A DNA stretch of 64,000 bases from Batkoa obscura (lineage: Eukaryota). Every line of letters starts with the position of its first letter. Position 1 is the stretch's first letter. The translations under genes were made by a program, and so were the position numbers. The notes beneath the pieces were generated by a model. The model was not told where the DNA came from. It did no database searches and worked only from the letters and a program-made list of their open reading frames with translations. This document shows positions 1 to 14,037 of this stretch, piece after piece. The stretch is taken from assembly GCA_030770535.1 (NCBI GenBank), contig JASVEC010000022.1, positions 62,001 through 126,000 of the forward strand, given 5' to 3'.

Positions 1-2007
1 TCGTTTAGTAATACCTAACACTTGACCATTTAAAAAAATGGTATATGTGTTATAACCATATATTTCATTCCCAGTTAATAATGTGATATCTTCTGCGCCT
101 AAAAGAAAGATCATTTTACTAATAGGTTCTGTTTCTACATCTGTGGTGATATGAGTCATCAGTGCTAAATTTTTTACTAAACCACATGCTTCTCCTTCTG
201 GCGTATCTGAGGGACAAAGCATACCCCATTGTGAAGGCTTTTAATATTTTTAATTTATTTATACTTTAACATCCAAAAAATTATTTACCTGTAAAGAACG
301 TGGCCCAGAAACTTTCCTTGTCTTTTCGAACTGGGAAGCAATACGTGTCATCATACCAAGAGCAGATATATAAGATAATCGAGATAATACATGAGTAATA
401 CCAGCACGTTCCATCTTAAAACGTTTTAAAATCCAATTACCGGTAGAAATAGAACGATTAAAACCAGCAGAAATATGATCTTGTAATAAACGTAACTGAG
501 TGATGGCATCAAACTCCACAGCTCGTTGCTGTTTTTTAAGGACTTTATCAATTGAAGATTTTAGCATCCCATTAAATTGCTTAAATAAATCTTCGAATAA
601 AAGAGACATAAGTTGGCCAGCACTATAAATTAAACATAATTAGTATTTTTTGTCAAATTCCGTAAAATAACAATTACAGTTCTAATCGTTTATTACCAAC
701 GTAATCTCTATCATCCAATGTTTTTTCGTTGTTTAAGGCTGAGATCACCCTTCTAGCCATAATAGTAATGTATATTGCTTTTGGGCGGAAATTTAAGTCT
801 TCAACTGTGATATGAGCTAACACAGTATTAGCTAAGCAATCAAGAGCTTCATCAGCCTAATCAATAGATGTTATTTGTATTTATCTTCTATTCTACTTAA
901 CGTGAATATTCACCTGAGTCCTTTTTATTCCCATTGCTGCAGGTCTTCTTGCTACTTTAGTTTTAGTACCAACGTAATCTAAAGCTTGTTGTTGACTAAA
1001 TATCTTTAGTTGCCCACATTCTTCAATGGAAGGTGCAAATATATCCATATAGGCTACATCACCTCCAGTTACTAATAGCGCAATTTCTTTATCAGTCACT
1101 ATTCCCATTGCTTTAAGAGCAATTACTAATGGTAAGTCTTCTGTCAATGAATTATGTCTTAAATATAATTTTGCATTTTTCATAACAACATAAGATTTGG
1201 ATTTACGTTCCATTGTTGAACTATCAAAAATTAATTTACTAATTAATATATTCAACTAAAATACCTAGTAACTGAAGCAACGGTCAACCCTTTTGGATCA
1301 ATCTCAACAATAATTCTATTTTTTGATAACTGTTCTTGTACCAAGATTACTTTTTCGGTTCCATTGACAATAAAATAACCTCCGGGATCCAATGGACACT
1401 CTCTTTTATCTGCCAACTCTTGGTCATTGCAATTTGTTAATATACAATTCCTGGATCTCAACATTACTGGGATACGTCCTATAACTACTTTGTTACGCGT
1501 AACAAGGTTTTTATTTCGTACATATTGCACATTTACATAAATGTTTGCTGCGTAAGTCAAATCTCTTAATCTGCACTCATGTGGTGTAAGTGGTGAGTTT
1601 GATGTATCACCAGCCAAACGTTCTGGTTTTCCAACGTAAATATCAGTATATCTAATTATTAGTATATGCTTAAGATTTAAAAATACATTAATTTACTTAA
1701 AGTAGAAGTTTGGATCAACATCTGATGTAACTTGTTGGTTAGCCAACATGATCTTTTTCAGATCTGTATCAATTAAATAATTATAAGAATCTATATGTTG
1801 CTTCACTAAGCCTTTCACTTTTAAGTATGCTGGTAAAAGTTTCCATTTGTCCTATAAATCAACGGTAAATATACATGAGTTGTTTGATAATGAATTGAAG
1901 TTTACTTCTAACTTTTTTACCGGAGCATTTAAGTCTTCACCTTTAAAATGCTCTTCTAAACTCAATTCTGTCCCTTCTACCTCTTTTTTAACTTTTACTT
2001 CCGACAT
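1..2007 (-). CDS. RPC2: RNA polymerase III second-largest subunit (5' part, multi-exon; runs off the window's left edge)
   Basis: ATG at 2007. Exons read [120 protein letters not shown] and [19 protein letters not shown], the Pol III (RET1/POLR3B) signatures. Short GT-AG introns. Confidence 0.95.
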
Positions 2008-2488
2008 TTTTGTTTTAGCTCTTGCTTTTCTCTATAAACTTGTAATAAATATTAAATTCTATAAAAGTTAGTTTTCACAGAATAGCTTTAGGATATTTAA
2101 AATTAAGCAACTTTAAAAAATAAACTATTTGAGCTTTTTATTTCAAAAAATAAAAATAAAATAAAAGTAAAAGTAAAAATAAAAAATAAAAACAAAACAA
2201 GTATTCTAACATGCAAAATAAATATCAAATACTTTTAAATTATTGGTATAAAATAAAAAATAAATTATAATTGCTTGATAGTTACAATGACTTATAGTGG
2301 TGGCTTTAAATAAACGGACTTTTTATTTATTTATAAATAATATCATTTTACAATTTTATTAATTACATTTAATTAAATGAATAGATAGAGCATAAAGATA
2401 ACAAATAACCGTTATCGTTACTAATATTAATATGAACATAAAATTATTTTTAAACAGAAATTTTTTTGACGTACATCCTTTCAATGAA

Positions 2489-3951
2489 TTAAATAAACCC
2501 AACAGCTACACCTTTAAAACAAAAACTCCTTATTTCTAAATTAATTTCATTTACGCTTACCAGAAAGTGAATGCAGGCAAAGGTTAACGATACCAAACAG
2601 CTCGATCAAACATGTTTGGGAAGCAGTACTCAAATCCACTTCAAATTTATCATCTAAACCTACTTAATATCTATTAAAGTACAAATGAATATATAATACC
2701 ACTTAAAGCGCAAGGAACCCCATATAAGCGAGCCAACTTGACTATCATGCCAAGTTGAGAATAGTTTAACAGCTCCATTAAGCGTAACACATCATCTGCG
2801 TCTACCTAAATACTGTCAATTAAGTCTAGAAATTTTTGTAAAAACACTTACGTCAACAACCGGGCTCCTTTCTCTTAACCCATAAAGTGGCCTAAAAGGA
2901 TTTGGATCAGCCAAAATGCGTAGCTTTTCTGGATCTTTAATATCAAGTATCGAATAATCGTTCGGCGGAATGTGGTTTGCTTTATCACCATTAACTAACT
3001 TTAAATTATTTGCCTTTATTCTTTCAGTTGAAGGAATTTCTCTTTCGCTTTCTTCTTTATACAATCTAGTCTTTTTCAAGTCTTTCTGACTATCTTTACC
3101 ATTATCATAGTCTAGCCTACTATCCTCAACTTTAGTCTGTGTTCTTCTTGGAATCTTTGATGGCATTTTTTGACTATCCTTACTATTATCGCTATCTGGG
3201 CGACTTACTTCAGCTTTAGCTTGCGTTCTTCTCGGGACTTGTGAAAAAGCCGCAGCTCTGTTTCTTGGCGGTAAAGGTGCCTCTTTAATATCTCTAGTTT
3301 CTTTAACTAATGATTTTTTTCCTTCTGATGTCCTTTTTAGCTGAGTTTCGATACCATTTTTGGTTTCTGAAGGAGTTTTATGTGGAGCTTTTCCAACTCT
3401 TTTTCCACCTCGAACTGGCCTTGGGGGTGTATTTTCTTCTTTTTCATCAACAGGGTTTAATAGTGATCGATCCCTTGCAGAGACGTTTTTAAAAGTCTAT
3501 GATGAAATGTTGTTGGCCTATTTTATAAAATAATAATAAATAGCATACCACTATATGATCCTCTATATATCTTTCTTTATTTACATTAAGATCATGATCT
3601 ATTTCGTAAATCGTCCTCTTTTCATCGTTAAAATATAATTTGATTTTTAAATAAAATGAACCCCATCCCTTCTCTTCTAATGCATATGGTGGGTCTCTAC
3701 GAACTATTAATAGTTATTATCATATAATATAATTATTATAGTATAAGGATACTCTGTGGTTTTTTGCCAAAAGATTCATGTAGGATATATTCAACTTTAT
3801 TAATAAAGTCATGGCTTTTCATAGGCTCCCCGTCATCGTTTAAAGCAAGAATATGTACCCTCCAAGCATATAATTTATTACCTTCAACAAGTCGATTGGA
3901 GTCTTTTACCACGGTTATTACTTTAAAGTCTTTTTCAATATTCCTTGACAT
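2489..3951 (-). CDS. YEATS-domain protein with C-terminal ET-like domain (Taf14/Sas5-like chromatin reader), multi-exon
   Basis: Exon 1 reads WRVHI...FINKVEYILHESF and exon 2 DPPYALEEKGWGSFYLKIKLYF (YEATS). A low-complexity linker exon (~2852-3518) follows, then LRLMELLNYSQLGMIVKL and DDKFEVDLST (ET-like). Inferred stop TAA at 2489-2491. Confidence 0.75.
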
Positions 3952-4473
3952 TATAAATTTAGTTGCAATCAGGATTAAGCTCAGTTTATATTAAATTATT
4001 TTTATCAGTTAATTACTTTTTATTAAAGAACAACTAGAAATTGAGACGCAACAAAATTTATAGCAAATTGAGAAACCTGGATCTGAAATGCTAAAAATGG
4101 CACCTAATCGAAATAGATTCTAAGAATACTATTATTAAAATATGCAATAGTGTAAAGTAATTTAAGAAGTTTAATCTAAACGAAATTATATACGCTGGTA
4201 TAATGCTTACTTTGGTACTGTTCCTTTTCGTTTGTTTATAACGTTCAAAATTTAATATTATTATTCACATAATAGTGATATTTTAATATTAAATATAATG
4301 AAAAAAATACTATATAAATTCTAAAAGACAATTCTGCTTTTTATATTGTTATATACTCCTTTTATTTATTTAACTTATAATATTACATTACTTTTTTGAA
4401 TCCTATTCAAATCATTTTAACATTATTAATTAGTTAATAAATAATATTTAACTTTTATCGAAGACACTAAAGA

Positions 4474-6149
4474 TTAAATATTTATATTTTCGGGTAAAAG
4501 TAGATTGGTTTGTAGATTAGGTGAAAGCGTACCAAAGGGGAAAGTAGGTACAGTTAAGCTTGTCATAAGCTGTTCATTATTAAGAAAATACGACGTTAAA
4601 TCGAGGTTAAGTAGTGGCCCAGCCTTTGGTTTGTGATCCGAAACATAACGCCAGATAAATGTAGCAATTAAAGAAGATAATATTAACATAAAGATACAGA
4701 ATAAAACTAATGGCCTATATCCTGAGTAAGGGATTACGTTAATTAAATGAGATCCCAAAGGAGATCCAAGTAAAAAGCCAAGGCCACGCGAAGCTTTATA
4801 AAAACCTAGTAAACTGGTCAAGTTGTTAACACCTAAAATATGTCAATAAATATCTAAAATTAAAATAAACGATAAATACCAAATAATTCTTTTGCTACCA
4901 TTGATGAGCATGTTATTGAGCCACCAGACAAGATACCATATGAAATAACAAAAGTAAAAAGTAAACTTAAAATAATTGTATCTAAATTATGGAAATGAGG
5001 TTCATTAAATGGGTGTATACATGCTAATAACCAGAAAAAGCATGCCACAGAAGAAGCTATTAAAGTAATCAGAAATAAAAAGGAATAGGTGTTAAAAGGT
5101 AATGGATGCTTGCCCAAATGGTACAAATTCAATAGTTTATATTTTAGTCGTATGTTTTTCTTATTGATGTTGATGTTGCTCATTTTGTCGCCTATTAATC
5201 CTATGCTTATTTTCCCTAAACCTGAGGAAAGATTTAAAACAGATATCAATATCGCTGCTGTGCTCCATCCCATTTTCAACTCGGTACTTGTGAATATACC
5301 CAAAAAGTAAAATGGTATTAAATAAGCAAAGGAGTGAAATAAACCAACCAAACTAAATAACATATACTTTGACCAATTTTCATAAATATTATTAAAAACT
5401 TGTTTAAAATTAAACGTCCTAAAATCATAACTATCTTTAACTTGGTTTGATTTAGGTGGTACAATCAGCAAACTACTCATTAACAGCCCAAAAAATAATA
5501 TGAGTGCGTTAATTCTTAATGTGTTTTGATATCCAGCTCTATTCAATAAATATCCATTTAAATATGATAATGACATTCCACCTATTCCTGCTCCAGCAGA
5601 AGTTAATCCAGTAGCTAATCCACCATAGTGTTTGAAATGTAAAACTGGTAATGAAGTTGCAGGCATATTAGCTAAAGATATTCCAATCCCACATAATACA
5701 CCTTGAGTTAAATACAAATGCCAAAGTTGGGTTGAGAAAGAAGCCAATAATAAACTAATTGCTATTATAAAAGAAGCTATGATGGCAATTAGTTTATGCC
5801 CAAATCTATCACATAAAATACCGGAAGGTAATGAAAAAAAAGAATTTAATGCTGCACATAATGTTCCTACCCAACTAAATAAGCTTAAATTTATCGACAA
5901 ATGTTGATTTATGTTTGGATGTTCATTAGATAAATATTCTTGGTAAATTCCAAAAGAAGATATTGGCCCAAATGATAATGCTTGCAAAAGAAAACAGCTT
6001 AATAAAACTCTAAGTCCAAACCATGAAATTAGTTTTGGTTCTTGTTCAATTTCATTAATAAGTGGCAAATCTTGACCGTTTTGATATAACTGACTTGTTT
6101 CGTCGTATTCTGTTTCAGTTTCTTCATTCCTATTTATTTCTAAATTCAT
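4474..6149 (-). CDS. MFS monocarboxylate-porter family transporter (MCH-like), one intron near 4835-4877
   Basis: Motifs SFGIYQEY, GILCDRFG, SFSTQLWHLYLTQGVLCGIG and GLATGLTSAGAGIGG, with about 12 hydrophobic helices across ORFs 4860-6149 and 4474-4821. Confidence 0.9.
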
Positions 6150-6791
6150 TATATTATATTATTTAAAACTAGTTCAACTATACAAAAGCTTACATTTAAT
6201 ACTCCTTTTCTTTACCAACTAATTGTTAAATCATCTAAGAACTTAATAAATTGTTATTCCTTAAAAAGGCTATTTGTATTTAAATTTAATATTCGAAATT
6301 AATGATCATTATTTAGCAAAAAAAAATTACTTATTTAAATGCCTAGCTTAAAAATAGCATATTCATAGTAAGAAAAATAAATAAGTTAATATATTTTTCT
6401 AATATATACTATAATAATACATAAATATCTTTGTATTTGTGCCCTATTTATGTTGAAATAAATAGTTTTTGTTTTTAATATTTTATAGTGTAGCAGAGTT
6501 ATTGCTAAAACAAATTGAGTTGAGCCTTTTTGTACAGTTATGATTTTTTTTGAAAAGTGAAATTTATAGGGAATTGATTCACTTTACAAAATACTTTATA
6601 TTGAGTTTTATATATTTTGAAAGAGAGATATATTTATATAATCTGAAGTATAGAAACTTTATTCTATTTTGACTGAAATAGCTATTATTTAAACTTTTGT
6701 GTAGTTTTACAGTTGCTATTATCGAAAGTAAATTACTTAATAGATTGGTGGATTGAATTATTTGAATATTATTAGGACTTTTTTTAAATAA

Positions 6792-8900
6792 ATGAGTGCC
6801 ACTAATAATAAAAAGAGAAAATACAACCGTGAGAGTAGTGAAGTACAAGATAAAGTAGGAGCGAACAAGCAAGTAACCACCATTTAGATGAGAATTTATT
6901 TGAGCATATTTTAGGGTTTCTAACTACTTTACCTTATTTTATTTTTAATAAACCTAAGATGACCAAATTGGAACAAAATGTCGACTTAACAAGCCCACAG
7001 TACTAAATTGTTTAAAAATTGGTAATCTTATGCTAGTGCTAATTGTATACTAGATCTTATACTCAAAGGCATCATTGATTTGAGTTATCTTGATAATATT
7101 AGACTTAGTACTGTATGGAATTAGAAAAGTGGGTCATAATAAAGAAGATATGATTCATGGTATATCGGAATTATCATTTAATGATGACCTTGAGGGATAT
7201 TTAAGGATGAAAGTAAACAACAGGCTGTTATATTTTAACTTAGATAATCGATACGATATAGTAGGTACTCAATACTCAACATATAATTGCATAAGAAAAA
7301 AGTTTATTAATGAAGTGCCATGAGCTGAAGATGATTATCCTCAACTGGTTGAATTAAGTTATAGCTTTAAATATTTAAAGTTGATTTATGATAAATTCCA
7401 AACAATCACTTTATATAAATTAGGTTTATTTGTTGTTAGAGATCACACAAAGGTAATGAATAGCTTTATTAATAATATTATTGAAGGAGCTTCTGTCGCT
7501 GAAATAGATAATATTAAATAGATAGGTTTGATTGAAGCTCAGATGGATCTTTATTTACCAATTTTAATTATGGAACAATTTAAACGTATAGTTTTATCAA
7601 AGAATGATTTAAGTTTTCTAATGAAGTTTGTAACAAATCAAACCAAACTAAAGAGAACATCATTTATAAGATACATTGTAATAACCCTAGTTTTTTGTAA
7701 GTGAAAATAATGCTTTTTTAGAGGAACTGGGAACTAACCTACCTACAGAAACCAAAACGGCATTAAACGAGTTTGATTACAATTTCGAAGCATTTAAAAA
7801 GGACTTATCTCTTAATTTCGCAATCGAATCGTTAAGATTTGATATTGATTTAGGTAATAACGAAAATGAAAGTGTTGGATGTGATTTTATACAGGTTTTC
7901 ATTGTATTTTATTTTAAAAATAATAAAAGTTGGGAGATAAACGAACTTGTTGAGTATAGTCATATTGAGTCACATCTAGTTACTAAAGCAATTGTTAAGT
8001 TAGTACATCAATGTATACCTTTTAAAATAGATGAAAATAATTCTAGGTTATTTAATAACTTAAGCAACTATAATCAAAGTTTTCATATTAGTGAGTTGAA
8101 CGCATTGCTCTATAATAAGCTTGCTACATTTCTTGATCAAAATCAAAGTTCTATAAGTTTAGGAGAATCAATATTAGATAATCTTGATGATGACATTAAA
8201 ATTAACAACCCAACTATCCTATTTTTAGAAAAAAAATCAAAACTTTTAATATTAGTAAATGAATCTGACGACTCTGATTCTTTCTCACAGGTTATCTTTG
8301 TGAATACTCAGATTTAAGTGATGAATCAAATGAATGTGATCAAGAGTACTTATCCAAGTTTGAGTTTAAAGAAATGGATAAAATAATTAATGGCTACGTT
8401 AAAGCTTTCATAGGAGTTGGCTGTGATTTAAAGACGTTGTACAAAGGTTTAAATGTTTTTATTATGCCTCAAAATTCTTTTGGAAATCAACATATTGAAA
8501 CATAATCATAATGCTATTTAAATAATCAAATTAGAGATGTAATAGTTGAAAAAAGTAAGAATGATGAACCTATTTATCATTCAGCTAAAAAATAGAAACA
8601 TACCACTTTAGATCCTCTATGGCTTAGAATTCTTTATTTAGAAGGGGCTATATATTTTGTTAAAGCTATAGCATAAAGGTAGCGTTTAAATAAGATTACT
8701 TATACTAAATAATCAGTAGAAAAATAGCTAATGATATCATTACATACATCCTCTTTTAACGGACAATCTAATAGCTGGGATTTAGTAGCAGTAGCCAAAT
8801 TGTATATATTAGAAATGCTTTCTCCAAGAACTAAAGATTCTGAAGTAAAGTATTAGAAGGGAATAATGTATTAATACTAAAGTACCATGATCATTTGTAC
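6792..8900 (+). pseudogene. Multi-exon gene of unknown family with several in-frame stops (probable pseudogene)
   Basis: Exon-like blocks with GT-AG boundaries read through single stops: EVP*AEDDYPQLVELSYSFKYLKLIYDKF (TGA 7321), GASVAEIDNIK*IGLIEAQMDLYLPILIMEQFKRIVL (TAG 7519), LDPLWLRILYLEGAIYFVKAIA* (TAA 8674) and SVEK*LMISLHTSSFNGQSNSWDLVAVAKLYILEML (TAG 8725). Ends approximate. Confidence 0.55.
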
Positions 8901-9686
8901 AATTACTTTCATTTAGTACCAAATCAAAAGAGGATTTTATGCTTTTTTTAATTTCTGATTTTGATAAAGAGTCAAACTAAAGATTTTAATAAACCAATGA
9001 ATTTAATAAATTGAAATACCAATTCACCATTTTGAAAAGAACTTGAGTTCGCTATAATACTTTGTATTATCTCTTTTATATCATTTATATTATTTAATAG
9101 CATTACTTTATGCTCAAATTGACAGTTAAATAATCTTAATATTTAGCTTAATTTAATAATAATTATGTACTTTAGCTCAAACTCAGTTATACTTTCTAAA
9201 CTAAATTCATTGTTCAATAAAACAAATATGACTTTATCGAAGTTCGTTGCGTAGTTTAACCTGATTCTTAAAATTAGTATAATATTATTAAATTAATTTT
9301 ACATCTCATCAATTTTATTCTCTCTTTTCAAAATATAAAGTACAGTATTATGATTGTCAAGGTAAATATCCTAAAAGTACTTTAGTTTAAATTTTAAATA
9401 TGTAATAGTACTAAACTGGTTTAATTTCACTTTCAGTGGCTATACAATAATTAAAATAGTTTTTAGAATGTATGAATTGTTTTATTACTATATTTTACAT
9501 TCATTATAGTATCATTTTGCAGCTCATTGAGCCATTTCTGTGTGACTACCCATTCTTTGACTCTGATATTCATAATTTCAATACAAAATGTTTATTATTT
9601 ATTTTAAATTATAATGTCTAAATATAAATACAAAAAATGCAAAATTTTTAGCATTAAAAATAAAAAAGAATTAAATCAGTTTAATA

Positions 9687-10907
9687 TTATTGTATACTTA
9701 TAGATGTAAGGTTCGAATTTAATTCATGTTCATCCTCGTTATGCTAAAACAAGAATATTAATAAAAATGAAGAATGACAATTAGTTTATATTACCATAGT
9801 TGGAGTATTAATAAAAGTAAAAAATAAATATCTTTCCCATAGAGCTAATTTTGCTTTAGATTCTGGAAACTTATTATACTTTGAAGAGATTAACTGCCAA
9901 GTAGCTAAGCCTTGTCTTGCTATAATCTATTTTAAAAATAGAATATACATTAAATAAATAATCTTACTTAAAAATAAATGAAATAGCGATAAATACAAGA
10001 GTGCTAGTAATCCACCAGTAGCTATAATTGTTAATATAAAAATAAAACCAGAAGTAACATGAATTATAGAGTCTGGTGCTCCATTATTTATATTATATGA
10101 TTTAATTACTAAAAATTTATTATAGTTTGAATAGTTAAATTAATATACACAACTTACTTTGGTTAGATAGACTTTCATAATCAGCTATCATATAAGATGT
10201 TAAATACCATCCTAAACTTGATGCTATCATAAGGAATAAACAACTCGATGCAATTAAATAAATGAAATATCTATTTTATGAAATTAACTTTTTTTTAACT
10301 TTAGAGAATAAATGAGTACCTATAATTTGTTTTCCCAATACAGTTATTTAGCCAGATACAATGATGATCCATTCCTTCAATACATTTATTACAACTGTGG
10401 CAATGGTAAGAACACTCTTTGCTATAAAAATGTTATATTAAATAAACAATAGTTACTGTAATGTTATTACAAGTATCCTTCACAATAGGAGCAAAATGAG
10501 TTGTTTGAATTATTATCAGATATACTTAATATGGCCTTGATATCTAAAGGTTCTTCATTATCCGAACTAAACAAATCACCGGTAGCAACGGGATTTGAAA
10601 AGGAACATAACAAACTTAATACGATAATCCCTATACTTAAAGAAACCATAAGGTATTATAAAGTTAACGATAATAATTATTATAAACATTTAATGCTTTA
10701 TATAATTTAGTATAAATTGAATCTTATAATCTTAAATAAAAAGGATATAATTTGTAGCATAATATTCTCATTAGCAGCTAATGGTTTGATTAAAAAGAAA
10801 TAATAATAAATCATTAATAGTTTAATGACCCAATTGCTAATAAACAAAGGATGATATGGTGGTAGTAGGCCATTACTTCTTCTCTTTCGCTCATTCATAT
10901 TGAACAT
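9687..10907 (-). CDS. DHHC palmitoyltransferase (ZDHHC1/11-like), multi-exon
   Basis: N-terminal [19 protein letters not shown] followed by the exon [32 protein letters not shown] (DHHC-CRD, ~10321-10422), then TM exons. Inferred stop at 9687-9689. Confidence 0.9.
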
Positions 10908-11855
10908 AATTAGATTTATTTTTTTAATTTACTAAAAAATATGGAGAACTAAACTGCATAAATCACAGCTCAATTTCTAAATAAGGTTATAACATTTTAA
11001 GGATGTTTCATTGTGGCATAGAATATAAAATAATTATTAGTACAATTTATAGTTGTAATTAAAATTATAAACAAAAGTAAAGAATCTTGTAAAAGTGGTT
11101 CAAAGTTAATCATGATATTATAAAAACGATTATACTCAAAAGCAGTATATCAACTTTAGAAAAGCAACTTCACGTCAAGACAAATCAGTATTAGGAGCAA
11201 CCATAAGCTTACAAATTGTTCTGAGTTTAAAAATATTGTTTGTTTTAGCTGTTTTTCATATCCAAATAGCTATTCTTATATTGTTATGTAAAGCTAACAT
11301 TTTAAGGCAGCAATTACTTTTTATGATCTCGATACACATTGTAACTAAAACTAACTATCTAAAGCTATATTCAATTTTCTTAATAACATCAAATAAAAAA
11401 ACTCTATAAAAAGCATTTATTTAAAATTTCAATATGAAATATTGTATATTTTGTACTAGTCTATTTAATTAATGTTTAGATTTACTTTTGGAATTATATT
11501 TTACTAGGGTTACGTAGATTGTCGGTGATTTAAAAGTTATTATTTAAATCAAAAAGGTACAAATTAGTTGATCTATTATAGTAACTTTAAGCATGCGGTT
11601 CTAACATGTAATTATTAACCAATTGATATTATTATCATTAATAAAAGATATTATATTATTACAATTGTTACACTATATTAATATTATTTTTTTGATATTT
11701 GTTTTAATGTTTACATTATTAGTTAATTTAATTAACAATTTTCTAAATTAATTAGTTTACACTAGTTAATGCATTTGTGTATGATTGGAGAAAAATTACC
11801 TGTAAATGATCAGAATTAAGTTCCATTTTTACACTTCACTTTTATATTTTTAGCA

Positions 11856-14037
11856 ATGTCATTATCAATTGGAAAAAATATTGGCAAATTTAAGCAGGTA
11901 AACTATAAGAACAATCGCTACATAATAGACAAGTATCATTATATCCTCAATTATTGTTTTGAGAAAGCAATCATATATATTTGTAGGTATTAATTCTTTT
12001 TCTTAGTGGACAAGTGAAAGAATTGGTGCTGCTGAGAAAACAGATACTTCTGAAGAATTCAAAAATCTAGAGTATGAGACTGACCAAAGAAAAGAAGCTT
12101 TAGAAAGGTTAGAAATGTCAATGGACACATATCTGAAGGTCTTAAGTAAGAGGTTTTTAAATTATCTTAATTGAATTTTATCTTTGATTTAGGTAAGAGA
12201 AAGCCAACTCAAGATGATAAAAGCAAAACCATGCCTATTGAAGCATTAGGAACCTGTATGATTAACCAAGCGTATGTTATTGGTGAAACTACAAAATATG
12301 GTAAAATATTTAATATGTAAAGATGAATTTGTACTTATTGTGGTGTGTAGGAAAATGTCTTAATCTTACTGGTCAAGCCCATGAAAAAATTGCAACTATC
12401 CAAGGTGAATATGTAAAGAGAATACTAACATTTATTTTATGATAATGATAATAATTGATCTGATTTAGGTTAATAATGCACGTATGGGATATTATTCTAA
12501 TTTGGAAAGATCTTTGCTAGACCTTAAAGAATATCAAGTAAAATATAATATAAAAATTTACTCAAAGTTTTAATAATTAATAGAGTTTAAGAAAAAAGTT
12601 GGAAAATCGTCGATTGGATTTAGATGCTAAACTTTCAAAGGTTCAAAAAGCAAAAAGAGAAAAGCCAGAGTTAGAAGAAGAAGTCCGTGCTGCACAAGTC
12701 AAATATGATGATTCTTTAGCTGAATCACAAGCGAGAATGGTAATGATAGCTGAATCTGAGGTAACAGCATTTATTTTGTGCTAACAGTTTGACTGAATAA
12801 ATAAATAAATAAAGGAATATCATGCGAGAGACCTTGCTCTTTTAGTTAAATCAGAGCTTGAATATTATACAAAATCTGCTGAGATATTACAACCACTTCT
12901 GGAGAAACTAAACGAAATGTAAATAATGGTTATTATATAATAGTAGTTTATTTAAATGTTATTAGAAACAATTCAGAAATGGTCAAAAAACGGCAAAGTT
13001 CTTCAAACCTTAGAAATGGCTTTTCGTCAGTCGGTCGTTCAAGCCCTTATTCTGAGAGAGAGTATAGGAATTATAGCGAAGACGAAGAAAGGGTATCTCG
13101 TTCACCTACTACAGTTAAAGAATTTTCAGAAAGAAAGGCTACTACCAGATCAGCATTGAGATCTAGAACTCAAGAACGTGCTGCTTTACCTCCACCCATA
13201 CCACGTAGACAAGGTAAATATTATATAAAATATACTATTAACTATATCATTAAATTCATTTAAAAAGATACTAAAAAGAGAGTTAAATGTGTGTTTGAAT
13301 TTGAATCTAATGAAGATGATGAGTTGAGTATGTATGTTGGAGACGTTATTACTGTCATAAAAGAGATTGACGAGGGATGGTGGATAGGTGAAATTAACGA
13401 AGGAAGAAATAAACGCTCGGGTATGTTTCCAGTAAACTATACTGAACCAATCGCTGAAGAAAAGCCAAAAATCCCAGTAAGCCATAGCTTTGATGACAAT
13501 GATCCATGGGAAGTAACCGAAAGTGTAGGATCACGTTCCTCTTATAGCCAAAAGTATGAGGAACCTCAAGAGATTGAGTACGAAGAACCTGAATATGAAG
13601 AACCTGAATATGAGCCTGAACCACCGCGTCCTAGTTACCGTCGTTCTAACACTACATCAGCACTTTCTACTCGTGGTGGCTCAAATAGGAATCCACCATT
13701 GCCCAGTCGTAACGCTGAAGCTCCACCTAACCCAAGCTCACGTCAACCGCCACCATTTCCTCAAAGAGCTAATAATACCAACATCCCTCCTCCACGCCCT
13801 TCTGGACCAAAGCCATCTTTAGCTTCATCAGCCCCATCAAGAAATTCGCCTCTCTCTACTCAAGCACCACGCTCATCACCATTACGTAATCCAAATAACC
13901 CAGCATCTGCAGTAGCAGCAGCTGTTAACTCAGATGATTTGAGCCTTCTTCCAGAATGTAGAGAATGTGGGTGTGACGAATTTAGTGCTAATGTATTTAA
14001 AAAGGGCACATGCAACAATTGCTTCCACAAACACTAG
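11856..14037 (+). CDS. Endophilin-like N-BAR + SH3 protein with Pro-rich region and C-terminal Cys/His module, multi-exon
   Basis: MSLSIGKNIGKFKQ|WTSERIGAAEKTDTSEEFKNLE and KKLENRRLDLDAK (BAR). VFEFESNEDDELSMYVGDVITVIKEIDEGWWIGE...GMFPVNY (SH3). PxxP-rich tail ending CRECGCDEFSANVFKKGTCNNCFHKH. Confidence 0.88.

Noticed and set aside
6792..8900. Stop-codon reassignment explaining the in-frame stops
   Set aside because: Intact genes in the window end at TAA/TAG and have no internal stops, and all three stop types occur in the damaged genes.
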